A stretch of DNA of 64,000 nucleotides from Ignavibacteriota bacterium (GTDB lineage: Bacteria; Bacteroidota; Ignavibacteria; UBA10030; CAVZMI01), in the NCBI GenBank assembly GCA_963776275.1, contig CAVZMI010000014.1, positions 1-64,000 of the forward strand, written 5' to 3'. The first letter of the stretch is position 1; the number at the start of each line of letters is the position of its first letter. Of this stretch, positions 10,996 to 22,000 are shown in pieces. The translations under genes were made by a program, and so were the position numbers. The notes beneath the pieces were generated by a model, which saw only the letters and a list, made by a program, of their open reading frames with translations, was not told the DNA's origin and searched no databases.

Positions 10996-13839
10996 TTATT
11001 TCATCTTAATCAACTGTTGCGTACCGTCATACATTACAGTTACATCCGGTTCCGATTGGAAATCGAGCCCTGAGAGTTTCCCTTTACCAATCCAGACAAT
11101 TTCAAAAATTCGCTTTTTCAGCATTCCCAGAAATTCGCCTTGTCGTCTTCCGATAGTCAGGGTATGGTTCTTCTCGCTGTAGTTCAGCATGATTGTTGAG
11201 AAATTACCTTTTTCATAATTATAGTTGATGTTCTCATCTTCATACAGCGTAAAAGAGCCGTCGTTACCGGTGTAGACGAATAAACGAATGGGATCGGCAG
11301 GTTTTTCATCCGTGTACTGAATGTTCGGACCGCAAACAAGAATAGATCCTTCCTTCACAAAAATAGGAATATCCGTATAGGGAGCATCCGCCTGAATTGA
11401 CCGGCCGCCTTTGTAATATCGACCGGTCCGCAGATCATACCAGCCTGTTCCGGAAGGAAGATACACAGGCCTTGTTCGGTCTTTAAAATTGGTCACTGGA
11501 TTAATGAGCAGTGCAGGCCCGAACATGAATTGATCACCGATATTGAAGACGTTTTTATCATGACCGAAATCCATGACCAATGCACGCATAATCGTATAGT
11601 CTTTCTGTGTGACCATGCCCGTTAGTGAATAAATATACGGCATCAAACGATAACGCAACTTGTCATAGGCCAGCATGGATTGATACGCAGGATGAGTGTC
11701 AGGAGCGATATGGAACATTTCTCTGTAAGGATATTGACCATGTACGCGTAAAAGTGGACAGAACGTTCCGAACTGAAACCAGCGGGTATTTAGTTCTCGC
11801 CATTCGTCCAGATCGGATTCGTTCGGATGTTCATATCGCGACTCCACCGCGTAGCCGCCTATATCTGAGGTCCAGTATGGGATACCTGAAAGAGAAAAAT
11901 TCAGCCCGGCTGAAATCTGGGCTTTCAAGTCATACCAGCGTCCCGCGACATCACCACTCCATGTCGCAACAGGATAACGCTGCTGTCCTGCAAAAGCGGA
12001 ACGAGTTAAAATAAATACCCGCTGATCGGGTTTGATCTGCCGTTGTCCCTCGCAGACGGCTTTAGCGTTCAGAAGGGTATATGTATTGAGGTAGCGTGCA
12101 GCGGTTCCAATTGCAGTCGGACCCTGACGTAATATTGTTTCTGTCCTCGATAAATTGGATTGGATATCGGGTTCCGTGCAATCCAGCCACCAGGCGTCGA
12201 TTCCTTTGCTGAACAGCTTCTCATTTATTTGTTTCCAGTATAATTCGCGGGCTCCTTCGCTGTACGGATCATAGAACGTTGAGACATATCCGGGGCCAAC
12301 CCAGTCTCTTTGTCCCTGTTCAACGTTTCGCATGTACAGCCACCCCTTTTTTATAAACTGCTCGTAGTTCTTTGTACCGACATAGAATTTGGGCCAGACT
12401 GAAATCATGATACGGGCATGAAGATCGTTGTGGAGTGTTTGGATCATGCCTTCCGGATCCGGGTAACGTGTAGAATCGAATTCATGATCTCCCCATTTAT
12501 CTTCTTTCCAGTAAAACCAATCCTGAACGATATTGTCGAGCGGAATCTGTCGTGCGCGAAATTCTTTGACGACTGAAAGCACCTCCTCCTGTGTCCGATA
12601 GCGATCACGAGATTGCCATAGGCCCATCGCCCATTTGGGCATCATGGGAGCATTACCGGTGATCTTACGATACCCATGAATAACCTGATCCAGATTATCG
12701 CCTCGGATAAAGTAGTATTCGATTTGATCTGCAACTTCGGAGTAAAGCGAGAAGCTGTTCTTGCTCTTTTCCTTTTCGGGAGTGAGGCATTTCAGTCCGA
12801 TGTAACCGCCGGTATGTATCCACTCGATCTTAATTTGATGCCGCTTTCCGTTTTTCATCTCCAGGTTCAGTAAATACGTCCAGGGCAGCCAGTTCTGCCT
12901 CCATGAGTCCACGACAAGTTTCCCATCCAGCCACATTTTAGTGTAACCGCAGCAATAGAGTCTGAACTTGTGGATGCCCGGTTCACGGCATTCTATCTCC
13001 CCGGTTCAGCGCACTGCGGCCACACTCTGAAGGAATCCTTCTGGGAATTTGTCATTCACATCGCTGAACTCGTGTTCGATCCTCGACTCGGAACGCGATG
13101 TAAACAGAGAGTCGAAATCCGAGTCTTTAAAATATTCTGTGGTGAGTCCGCCCTCGATGCCCTCTCTATTAAATAATTTGAGTACGGACAGGGATTGATA
13201 CTCCCTGATGTCTCCGAATTTCGTGCGCGAGTTATTATCCCACAAAATTCCATAGTTTTTGCTTGAAACCAGAAATGGAATCACATCGACTATGTTATAT
13301 TGCCACAGATCCACGTCGTGCCCTTTATAGTTCATGATGGAACTCTGATGTGCGCCTAATCCGTAAAACGCTTCATCTTTGGGGGAATTAAAAAGCTGCT
13401 GTATATGAAATGTGTGTTCTCCCATTACTTCTGCGGTTGTGATAATTTTACCACGGCCCGCTTTCTCCTGTAAAAGCAGCTGTTCATTTATATTGTAAAA
13501 TGAAATGGCTCCGTTTTTCGGCTTTACACGGACAATGATTTTCGATGTGGAGATTTCCACCAGTTCTTTTTTCTCTTTTACAGACCAGGGCACAGGTTCC
13601 CAGACAATTTTATCGACCATCAGACTTGGACGATTTGAGAAAGATTTCTCCTGTGCCGCTATGACTCGAATAATATCCTCGGTGCATACCTGAATCTTCA
13701 TCCATCGGGCATCGGTTTCTTTTTGTTTTTTCAATTCAAAAAGAACACCATCCGACTGTTTCTCGATGGTATAAGAGTACTGGACACAGAGAAAAAGACA
13801 TAAAACAGTGAACATGATTTGCCTTCGTCTAAATTTCAT
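10996..13839 (-). CDS. GH31 alpha-xylosidase with PA14 insertion; interrupted by in-frame TGA at 13006-13008
   Basis: Track ORFs 13006-13839 and 10996-12936 are in the same frame, linked by AAVR*TGEIECREPGIHKFRLY (PA14 'VRWTG' Trp position). Catalytic motifs WWLDCTEPD and WSGD; YWTSDIGG. Confidence 0.88.
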
Positions 13840-13875
13840 TGCATGTCCTTTCGGTTATAAAGAACTGAGCTATAA

Positions 13876-13912
13876 TAAAAAGGGTCGGTCCCCAAGCCAC
13901 AGGGCCGACCCA
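13876..13912 (-). terminator. Rho-independent terminator ending TBDR module 1
   Basis: Stem GGGTCGGCCC/GGGACCGACCC followed by TTTTT on the minus strand, just downstream of the IPT/TIG gene. Confidence 0.7.
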
Positions 13913-13948
13913 AGATTCAAGTAAAAGCTTAATCTCCCAACCGCTATA

Positions 13949-15208
13949 TTACGGAGCGCCCACCGTAGCTCCCATGTTAACCCGATAGATGGTCCATTTC
14001 TGCGATTGGCTCGTGTTACCACGAACCATATAAAGGTAATTTCCCGAGCCCCAATTTAAGTGTCTGCAATAGGACGGAAGAATACCCCTATAGAAATAAT
14101 CGACTATCTTTGTATTGAGATCGAGAATCAGTATCGGATCCGCGGAAGCATCGGTTCCAATAAACATATTTCCTTTTGAAGAAAAGGCAATACCTCGTAT
14201 GCTGCGGGACGCTAAACCCCCTGTTGTGGTCCAGTCGACCACCAAATCCCTGGAGCCCAGGTTGCCGTTTGCATCAACCGAATGGCGCCAGATGGCTGTA
14301 GCAGGATTATTTGCAGCCGGGGCTGACGTTCTCACCACAAGATAGATGTATCCTTTGTACACACGCATAGCGAGGATCGTATCCTTTGCGTACACACCTG
14401 CGTATGTGATTGCCTTAACATCATAATTGGGCTGTTTGAGCACAAGCAGATCGGTCCGCGTGCCACCGGCGTAGAAATTTCCGCTGGAGTCGAAATCACA
14501 GAATCTAACCGTTTTCCCTGTGGGGAGTTTGACCCATGTCGCTATCGCTCCGGTTGCCAGATTCACCGTGTCGACATTCACATTGGTTCCCGTTATATAG
14601 AGTGCACCGTTGCGAATTCTTGCATCCGTCGGCGGAAATTTGGCCGGAGTTGGAAGAGTCGAATTAGTTTGATCTGTCGTAACTTTGTGAATATTTCTGG
14701 TCGTTGTTTCTATGACATACAGATTCTCTGCATCGTCAACGGCGACAGTATTCAATGGTACGTTGTTGTTAAAGTTGCCGTATTCATCTGTGACCGGATC
14801 GACTTTGTAGAGTTGGCTATATTTTACAACGGTAAGTGACTTGGGTGGAGCCACCATCACCGTACATGAATCACTCGCTAGATTGGGCCGGCGCACCGTG
14901 ACCGATGTCGTAGAGGTCGCGACAACTTCTGCAGTCACTGCGACAAGACTCTTTTTCGCATTATCAAAATAACTGAAATAAACGGCGTTGGTATCCGGCG
15001 GTGTAGAGAAGTTTGTACCCGTAACCGTAATTGTATTCACCCCGGGGGTCGCCTGGGACGGATCGACTTGTGTGATAGTCGGCGTTGGCGGTACTTCATA
15101 GGGTTGATCCCACGCGGGTTCCGCAACGTCGTATTTGCACCCTGACATGACCACCATCAATACCGCCATGAAGAGGAATACAATCGTTAAAAAGCTGCAG
15201 ACTTTCAT
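13949..15208 (-). CDS. IPT/TIG-domain + beta-propeller lipoprotein (module 1)
   Basis: Lipobox MSGC; IPT/TIG start PTITQVDPS...ITVTGTNF; NHL/SMP-30-like repeats (VAVDDAENLYV, DFDSSGNFY, IAFSSKGNMFI). Confidence 0.75.
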   Translation of the reverse strand: MKVCSFLTIVFLFMAVLMVVMSGCKYDVAEPAWDQPYEVPPTPTITQVDPSQATPGVNTITVTGTNFSTPPDTNAVYFSYFDNAKKSLVAVTAEVVATSTTSVTVRRPNLASDSCTVMVAPPKSLTVVKYSQLYKVDPVTDEYGNFNNNVPLNTVAVDDAENLYVIETTTRNIHKVTTDQTNSTLPTPAKFPPTDARIRNGALYITGTNVNVDTVNLATGAIATWVKLPTGKTVRFCDFDSSGNFYAGGTRTDLLVLKQPNYDVKAITYAGVYAKDTILAMRVYKGYIYLVVRTSAPAANNPATAIWRHSVDANGNLGSRDLVVDWTTTGGLASRSIRGIAFSSKGNMFIGTDASADPILILDLNTKIVDYFYRGILPSYCRHLNWGSGNYLYMVRGNTSQSQKWTIYRVNMGATVGAP

Positions 15209-15229
15209 AATCTCTCTCCTTCTTCAATA

Positions 15230-16285
15230 TTATAATGAAAACCGTGCGGTCAACCGCTGTACCTTGTCGAATACTCCAAAAGGCGTATAGGAGTAATCAA
15301 AGGCAAAACCGAATTTGGATAAACCAACCCCAAACGAAAAACCGTTCCCCAAATCGGTAGCCGACATGTATCCTCCGCGCAGCGAAAGCGCGTTCAATAA
15401 CCGGTATTCCAGTCCGACCTTGACTTGCTCCGGATGATCACGATAATGAGTTGCATCGATACTCATGTAAAGCGATTGATCCAGCGGAAGCTCCCCGATG
15501 AGATCCATCAGATTCATCGAGATACCAAGGTTGAACACCAATGGTGCCTGAAATCCTTCATCGACGTATTTCAATTCCTGTGAAAAATTCCGCACCGACA
15601 TCCCAAATACCAGACTCTTGATACCCGTCTTGAACTGCGTCCCAAAATCAAATATTAACGGCGTTAACTTATTCGACCTGGCCGTCTTACTGGTATCGGG
15701 AAAAGTATGTATAGCTCCCGAACTATCAATCTCCTGTCGCTGACCAATCACAGGTACTGAACTCTCCCCAAGGTCTTGCCGTACCCACCGTATCTGTCCG
15801 CCAATACTAAACTGATCCGTCAACTGCTTGGCATATCCGACACCCACAGCGATGGCGCTCAGTTTGAATATGCCGATATCCTCATACCCGAGATCACTCG
15901 CCTTGTTCACACGCGTACCGTAAAATTCTCCATAATCCACACTCTGGACACTGAATCCAATGACACCGTAATTACCGTTGGCTGGATTGATGGCCAGACT
16001 GAATGTGTAGTGCTTGATGTCAGCTATCCATTGGTTGCTGCTGGCCGTCATATCGAGAAAATTGGACATCTCGGCCATTCCTGCAGGATTGAAAAACAGC
16101 GCGCTTGAACCCATCCGAAGACTCGTCATCGCCTCTGCCATGGCAGATGCACGCGCGTCCGAGACTACACTCAAAAATTGAAGCCCCGTCTGGGCTAATT
16201 TCTGATTCTCCTGGGCATACCCGCTGCTCATCAACAGGCATCCCACGAGAAACACAACAATAAACTTACCTATCGTCTTTTTCAT
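15230..16285 (-). CDS. PorV/PorQ-family outer-membrane beta-barrel (module 1)
   Basis: Signal peptide, then the family N-terminal motif AQTGLQFLSV..DARASAMAEA..LFFNPAG; amphipathic strands, LSLRGGY, FDYSYTPFG. Confidence 0.8.
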   Translation of the reverse strand: MKKTIGKFIVVFLVGCLLMSSGYAQENQKLAQTGLQFLSVVSDARASAMAEAMTSLRMGSSALFFNPAGMAEMSNFLDMTASSNQWIADIKHYTFSLAINPANGNYGVIGFSVQSVDYGEFYGTRVNKASDLGYEDIGIFKLSAIAVGVGYAKQLTDQFSIGGQIRWVRQDLGESSVPVIGQRQEIDSSGAIHTFPDTSKTARSNKLTPLIFDFGTQFKTGIKSLVFGMSVRNFSQELKYVDEGFQAPLVFNLGISMNLMDLIGELPLDQSLYMSIDATHYRDHPEQVKVGLEYRLLNALSLRGGYMSATDLGNGFSFGVGLSKFGFAFDYSYTPFGVFDKVQRLTARFSL

Positions 16286-16296
16286 TGATTATCTCC

Positions 16297-19005
16297 TTAC
16301 CTGATGACGACAAACTTACGGAATACAGAGCCGACTCCGGGAGCTTCAACATAGAGAATGTAAATACCGCTGGCTATTATCTGTCCTGATGAGGTCATCG
16401 AATCCCAGAGCTCATCGCCCGTGCCATTGGTATGATTTTTCTCCCAGATCAGATCACCTCGTTCAGTGAAGATCTTCAGGTTGCACTGGCCCGGTAGCCC
16501 GAAGAAAGCTATCCGGTCGTATTGAGATTGATCGCCAAATTGGAACATACGGGCTCGGATATCGTAGGGGTTCGGTACGACGCGTACTAAATCCAACCAT
16601 GTGCCGCCAGAAACAGCAAATTTGGCAACATAACTATAACCATGAAAAGATACTGCGTCAGCACCGAAATATATAATATTTGAATCCCAATCTCCTTTCG
16701 ATTCTATCAATTTCCAGAGTCTGTGATCTGCATCTGGAGGTGGTCTTCTCATTTTAAGGGAATCAGTCAGCACACAAAGATAACGTGAACCGTTATAAGT
16801 TACAATATCATTACGAATGTAGATTTTTAATTCAGCCCATTCTTCTTTAGCTATATTCAACTTCCATATACTTGCATCAACATCTGGAGTTGTTTTGCCG
16901 CCCAGATTACCAAGTATGCAAACATAACTTGAACTGTCATATGATACTCCGTCATAACCAACATATCTAGAATGGGCATTCCATTCGCCTTTTGACGCCA
17001 TCAATTTCCAATGATCAGTATCAGCATCTGGAGTTTTTTTGCTGCCGGAAGTATCAAGTATGCAAACATAACTTGAACTGTTATAGGTCACAGAATTATA
17101 AGCAACATAACCAGAATCGGAAATCCAATTGCCTTTTGATACCAGCGGTTTCCAATGGCCGATGTCAAGGTTTGGAGACGTTTGTGAAACAGCCGGTCTC
17201 TGCAAATTGGCGGCAGCATCGGTTAATGTCCAGAACATACTGCTGTAAAGGGGAACACCGGGATGAACGTCGTTCTGTGTGCCGTCGTCCTTGGATTGAA
17301 TATAATAGTAGTAATCATAGCCTCGAATTGCAGTAACATCATCGAAGCCGTGGACAACATTAGATTGGTTACATTCAAAAATCTTCTCATATTCTGTTCT
17401 ATAATTAAGAACATTACCTCTCGACCTGTAAATCACATATCCGCCGAAGTGAGGAGCGGCATCAGCGTTGTCGGCCCATGAGAGTTGAATTCTATCTCCG
17501 CCGGATGCAACGGAAAAGGTTCGAGGAGGAGGCGGAGGCATCGGGATTTTATATCCGACCTTGTAATTCTGTACCGCACTGCGAAAAGTCTGCATGATAG
17601 AGTCTTTTCCCGTTTCACACCACCGACGCTTATAAAGATTATGGTCGGTTGTTGTGCTTCCGTCGGGCATGACAAGAGTCGGCGTTCCGGTTTTCTTAAA
17701 CCACTGAAGCCAGTTATGGCCGACCTCACGATTCTTTTCCATACTCATTCCGGCCACTCCTTCACCCGTGACGATGTGAATGCTATCACCGGGAGCCATC
17801 GTATAGGGACCACACGCGTAATGTGAATGGGGGCCACCAAAGGTATTTCTTATCGGGTCCTGAAAGTTGATCGGGTAATCTTCGCCGCAGATTTCATCAA
17901 GTTGTTTACCTGGAGCTGGATGGCCATCCTTTATTGCTATATTATAGCGGTCGTTCATGAAATTTTCGTCGTACTGACTTGCGACCGTACTGAAGATTGA
18001 AAGGTCCGAGCCGATGAAATTGTTTGTTCTAGGCTGCCATGGGTCATCCGACGGATCCGTTGCACTCTTGTCTGCATGAAGGATGACAACGCCTACGTAT
18101 TTAGCATTCGACATATACCCATCTTCCAGTTGATTTGGACAACCCCAATCTTCTGCATATGTGACCGCGCGTTCCTTGTTAGGGCCGTACCACTGATAGA
18201 GGGCTCTCATTTCAAAATCTGGTGCAGTCGGATCTGCGCCAATCGAATGAATGAGGTCACTGTTTCCCCAATTCGAGCTCCATGCTCCCCATCCCTGACC
18301 GTATCCAGGAACACTCACTCCGCAAAACGTACAGCGATCTACGAAATAGAACCAGACTGAATCCAATGTCTGTATCGGTTGTTGTACATCCCCCTCCGCA
18401 TCGTATATTCCTGTATTCTTAAAGACCCAGTCTTTAATATAGTAATTGTCGTGGTTCGATTGATCGAAACACATGGTCTTTTGTGTGACCGAGACTCCTA
18501 TGGAAGTGTTGAACTTCACCAGCATAATGCGATCAGATTCCAGATTTGGGTCCTGGACATCTAATTTGTCATAAATATTCAATTGAGAAGCAGGTTGATC
18601 ATCGACGAGCACGATAGGATGATAATTTTTTCCGAGCAGCTTATGTTCTAGCGGAAATACTTGAGTAGTCCAGTTAGATCCATCCCTCGGCCCCGCACCG
18701 ACGACCTTAACTGTTCTATGCTTACCATCTGCGGGATCATCGAAACTCCTGCAGCCAATCCAAAAGCCCTTGGATCTGTAAGTGGTTTGTTCGATGCTAT
18801 ATTGGGCCGGCCACGATTGGAAGTTTTTATTTTCTCCAAGTTCACTTTCATACATTACGCCGATTTCAGTGATGGGCGCCTGCAGCGGTGTCACGCGGAG
18901 CCATTTGAGTCGTTGAGCGTAAGAAGTATTGATACCGCACAAGACCCAAATACTCACGGTAATTACCAAATACCGGATTGATGATTTAATTATTTGTTTT
19001 TTCAT
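16297..19005 (-). CDS. Large secreted TBDR-partner protein: unknown N-terminal domain, Fn3-like domain, 4 CBM5/12-like repeats, variant T9SS/FlgD-Ig-like CTD (module 1)
   Basis: Signal peptide; PPPPP..SGGDRIQLSW...GYVIYRS (Fn3-like); repeats KGxW...Y...D.VxYxxSSYVC; C-terminal VVPNPY...KIFTERGDLI...WD...GQIIASGIYI...RKFVVIR. Confidence 0.7.
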   Translation of the reverse strand: MKKQIIKSSIRYLVITVSIWVLCGINTSYAQRLKWLRVTPLQAPITEIGVMYESELGENKNFQSWPAQYSIEQTTYRSKGFWIGCRSFDDPADGKHRTVKVVGAGPRDGSNWTTQVFPLEHKLLGKNYHPIVLVDDQPASQLNIYDKLDVQDPNLESDRIMLVKFNTSIGVSVTQKTMCFDQSNHDNYYIKDWVFKNTGIYDAEGDVQQPIQTLDSVWFYFVDRCTFCGVSVPGYGQGWGAWSSNWGNSDLIHSIGADPTAPDFEMRALYQWYGPNKERAVTYAEDWGCPNQLEDGYMSNAKYVGVVILHADKSATDPSDDPWQPRTNNFIGSDLSIFSTVASQYDENFMNDRYNIAIKDGHPAPGKQLDEICGEDYPINFQDPIRNTFGGPHSHYACGPYTMAPGDSIHIVTGEGVAGMSMEKNREVGHNWLQWFKKTGTPTLVMPDGSTTTDHNLYKRRWCETGKDSIMQTFRSAVQNYKVGYKIPMPPPPPRTFSVASGGDRIQLSWADNADAAPHFGGYVIYRSRGNVLNYRTEYEKIFECNQSNVVHGFDDVTAIRGYDYYYYIQSKDDGTQNDVHPGVPLYSSMFWTLTDAAANLQRPAVSQTSPNLDIGHWKPLVSKGNWISDSGYVAYNSVTYNSSSYVCILDTSGSKKTPDADTDHWKLMASKGEWNAHSRYVGYDGVSYDSSSYVCILGNLGGKTTPDVDASIWKLNIAKEEWAELKIYIRNDIVTYNGSRYLCVLTDSLKMRRPPPDADHRLWKLIESKGDWDSNIIYFGADAVSFHGYSYVAKFAVSGGTWLDLVRVVPNPYDIRARMFQFGDQSQYDRIAFFGLPGQCNLKIFTERGDLIWEKNHTNGTGDELWDSMTSSGQIIASGIYILYVEAPGVGSVFRKFVVIR

Positions 19006-19020
19006 GGCTGTCTCTATTTG

Positions 19021-22000
19021 TTATTCGTTGAAATCGAATGAAATTCGTATGCCGAAAAAGATTTTCCGTGGATCTAAGAACCAGAACAAGGACGTATTCG
19101 GCATATTGATATAGGCTTTGTCTTTATTAATTTGGTCGATCTCCGATTGAGATACCGGATCCCACACCTGTATAGTTTTTAGAGGATCCTGAGGATCAGT
19201 TTTATTAATGACACGCCAGTATCTTGCGGAGTGATTCTCTACAGTCACAGGTTTGCTGGGGTCATAAGTAGGTGTTTCAGGTTCATAAAAAACCGCTCGT
19301 AAATCATTTGGTGCCGGTTGTCCTTCGACTTGGCTCTGGAACACTTCGGGCTGCCATTCGACACCCGGTGTTCGATAATCACCTACTTTATCGCTTCCGG
19401 GAATATTATCATATGCACCGCTCTTTGGAAGATGGAGGGACATCATATAATTTGTAGTGTTAAAATCGTTGGGAAGATACAACCGGAGCGTATTCAACAC
19501 GTTGCTCATATCCACAAAGAGTTGCACTTTGAATTTTCCTATGGCTATTGCTTTGTCCACCCGCAGGTTTGTGTTGAAGTAATCCACACCTTGCACGTTG
19601 TATCCTGTGGAAGGAAGAAGTTTTGGATTCCAGGTAGTCCAAAATCCGGCCTGCCAATCTAAAATTATGTTCGCCCTGAATCCACCAAGTATCTTATGTC
19701 CAAATATTGAAGGTCCGAAATCTTCAGGTGTAAACAGACTCAGGTTAAGTCTGGCATAGGGTTGTGGAATCGGGCGATCCTGATACAGATTGACGGTGGC
19801 CTGATTCCACTGTTTTTGATCCGATGGGTTGTCATAAATGCGCGAACTGCCAAAATGCCCAGAAGTGTTTACTTGATAGGTATAGTTGGCGAAGCCGGAC
19901 CACCAGCGTCCCGATGTTTTACGAAGGGTCAGTTCAAATCCCCTGATATCTTCATAATTATTGGGAGTAGATTTTGTGTATTCAAAACCGGCAGCTGTGG
20001 AAGTATACCGGGTGAAATCTTGCTGGTCGGAGATATCGTTGTAAAAGGCAGCCACTTGCAGTAAATAATCCTCGAACAGGATGTGATCATACCCAAGTTC
20101 ATAGGAGATGGTTTTCGCCAGAGTGAGATTGGGATCTCCGAAGCTCGTCATCATGTGCTTGTCATCCCGCTCGAGTCTGAACAGACTCTCGTATTGAGGT
20201 ACTTGTCTGAAATGACCGTAGTTGAAGAATAACTTGGAATTCTCCGAGATTGGATGTGCAATGCCGAGTCTGGGACTTAATTGCCACTGAGGATCGAGCG
20301 ATCGTTTCGGGAACGTGTCGGCCTCGGGATTGTAGTTCGACGAGAAAAAATTCCCGTCGAATGATTTTAAATCATACCACTTGGTATTTGAATTGCAGTA
20401 GTCAACGCGCAATCCAAGGTTAACGGTAAATCCTTCGGCTTCTAGTTTATCCTGGAGATAGGCAGCACCCTGCACCGGGAAGACCTCCTGCTGAACATGG
20501 TAGGCATATTTTTTCCCCTGTGTCGCCATAAGGGTAACGCCATAATCGAAATTCAGATCGTTGTAAACAAATTCAACACCCGCCTTTACCAAATTCTGGA
20601 AATTTACCTGGCTGGTAAAATCAGCCTTCAGAGTTGACGATTGAACGACCGTGTTGTCACGTGCTTTACATATATGCATCACGTCGGCTGTAATCCCCAC
20701 GCTTTTAGAATAATTATCGGGCCAATAGCCGAATGGATTACTATCCTCAAAATAGCCGGGGATAACTTCATATTGCTGCGATGTGTCTCGCAAATCCGGA
20801 GGACGTGTATAATAATCACGCCGTAAGTTTTCCACCGATACCTCATAGAAAGTAGTGGGATTGATAACGCCGGTCAACTTTGCGGCGAGTGATCGCTGAC
20901 CTATATCAGATAGACTAAAGTTGAAATCGGAAAAAACATTCTTTAAATCGGAAACCTTTTCGACTGTACTCAATACATTCGCGACCTCATTTGGATAATG
21001 AGGATAGAAATAATTGCCGGCAGCGTTGGATGCATCCCAGTTGTGCCTGATTGTAAACTGTTTGCCCGAGAGTGCGGAAAGTTTCAATTTCAGTGAAGGG
21101 GAAATATCTGAAGTTACCTGAACTGTCCAATCGTAATCAGTGTAATCCGGTCTCGTAAGCGGGACGATCAGCAGATCACGAGTTCTTCGATATGAGGCGT
21201 AGAATCTCAGGTCGCCGAGTGACGAACCGATAACCGGTACCGGACCGCCGAAACCGGCGTCTATATCATAATCTGGCTGGTCGTTGATCTGTTTTTTGCG
21301 TGTCTCGTATTCGAAAATCCGCTGCGCCCCTGACGGCGTTATATCGTTGGTCGGATCGCTGTCTGAGCATAGTGAGTTCGAAACTTTGTTCCAACCATTG
21401 AAATCGGGATATTTTTTTCGTGTATATTGATCATATTGTGTTGGATCGATAGGGGCTTGTGTGCCAGTCCAGCACACATTAGGATCGAAGAAAGGGCGTA
21501 AGATATAAGAATATGGATCTTGAAGATCCTTTATACCGCCGCCTCTATAATATTTTGGCGCAGGGGGACTTATCCTTATCTGGAAACTTCCCGAATAATT
21601 TCTTTTGCCCCCTTCTCGAGTTACGACATTAACAACGCCCGATCGAACCTGACCGTATTCCGCATTGAATCCACCCCGCTCAACAGAAACTTCTTTTATG
21701 GCACTCAATGCTATTGCCGTTATCGGTTCGCTGTTTCTGGGATCACGCATCGTAATGCCGTCCATCATGAAAAGAATATTATCGCCTTCGCCGCCGCGGA
21801 TATTCAATCCTCCTCCAACACTCACTTTTCCACGCTTGTAACTATTCATAAAAGTCGGTTGGTAAGCATAGTTGGGATTGGAACCCCATCCTCCTCGGAC
21901 ACCAGCCTGCAACCCAACAGCACTCACTACGTTGTTGATTGGTAAGTTTGCAACTTCCTTGTCGGACATTGCAGCGACACTTGTGGCGACATCCGGCTTA

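Larger units (their letters stand above)
13872..16578. repeat. ~2.7 kb near-identical direct repeat, copy A (copy B 22917-25623, offset 9045)
   Basis: Covers terminator, IPT/TIG gene, PorV-like gene and partner CTD. The IPT proteins differ at one residue (YIY/YLY) and the PorV-like proteins at three (SSGY/SIGF, KTAR/KAAR). Confidence 0.97.

Noticed and set aside
13006-13008. Genome-wide TGA=Trp recoding
   Set aside because: TGA acts as a normal stop elsewhere (e.g. SBP 32999-33001, kinase 34498-34500, GH115 62110-62112) and Trp-rich genes use TGG throughout.
16605-17140. CRISPR array or non-coding tandem repeat
   Set aside because: The repeats are degenerate, in-frame protein repeats inside a CDS, with no constant repeat-spacer pattern and no cas genes.
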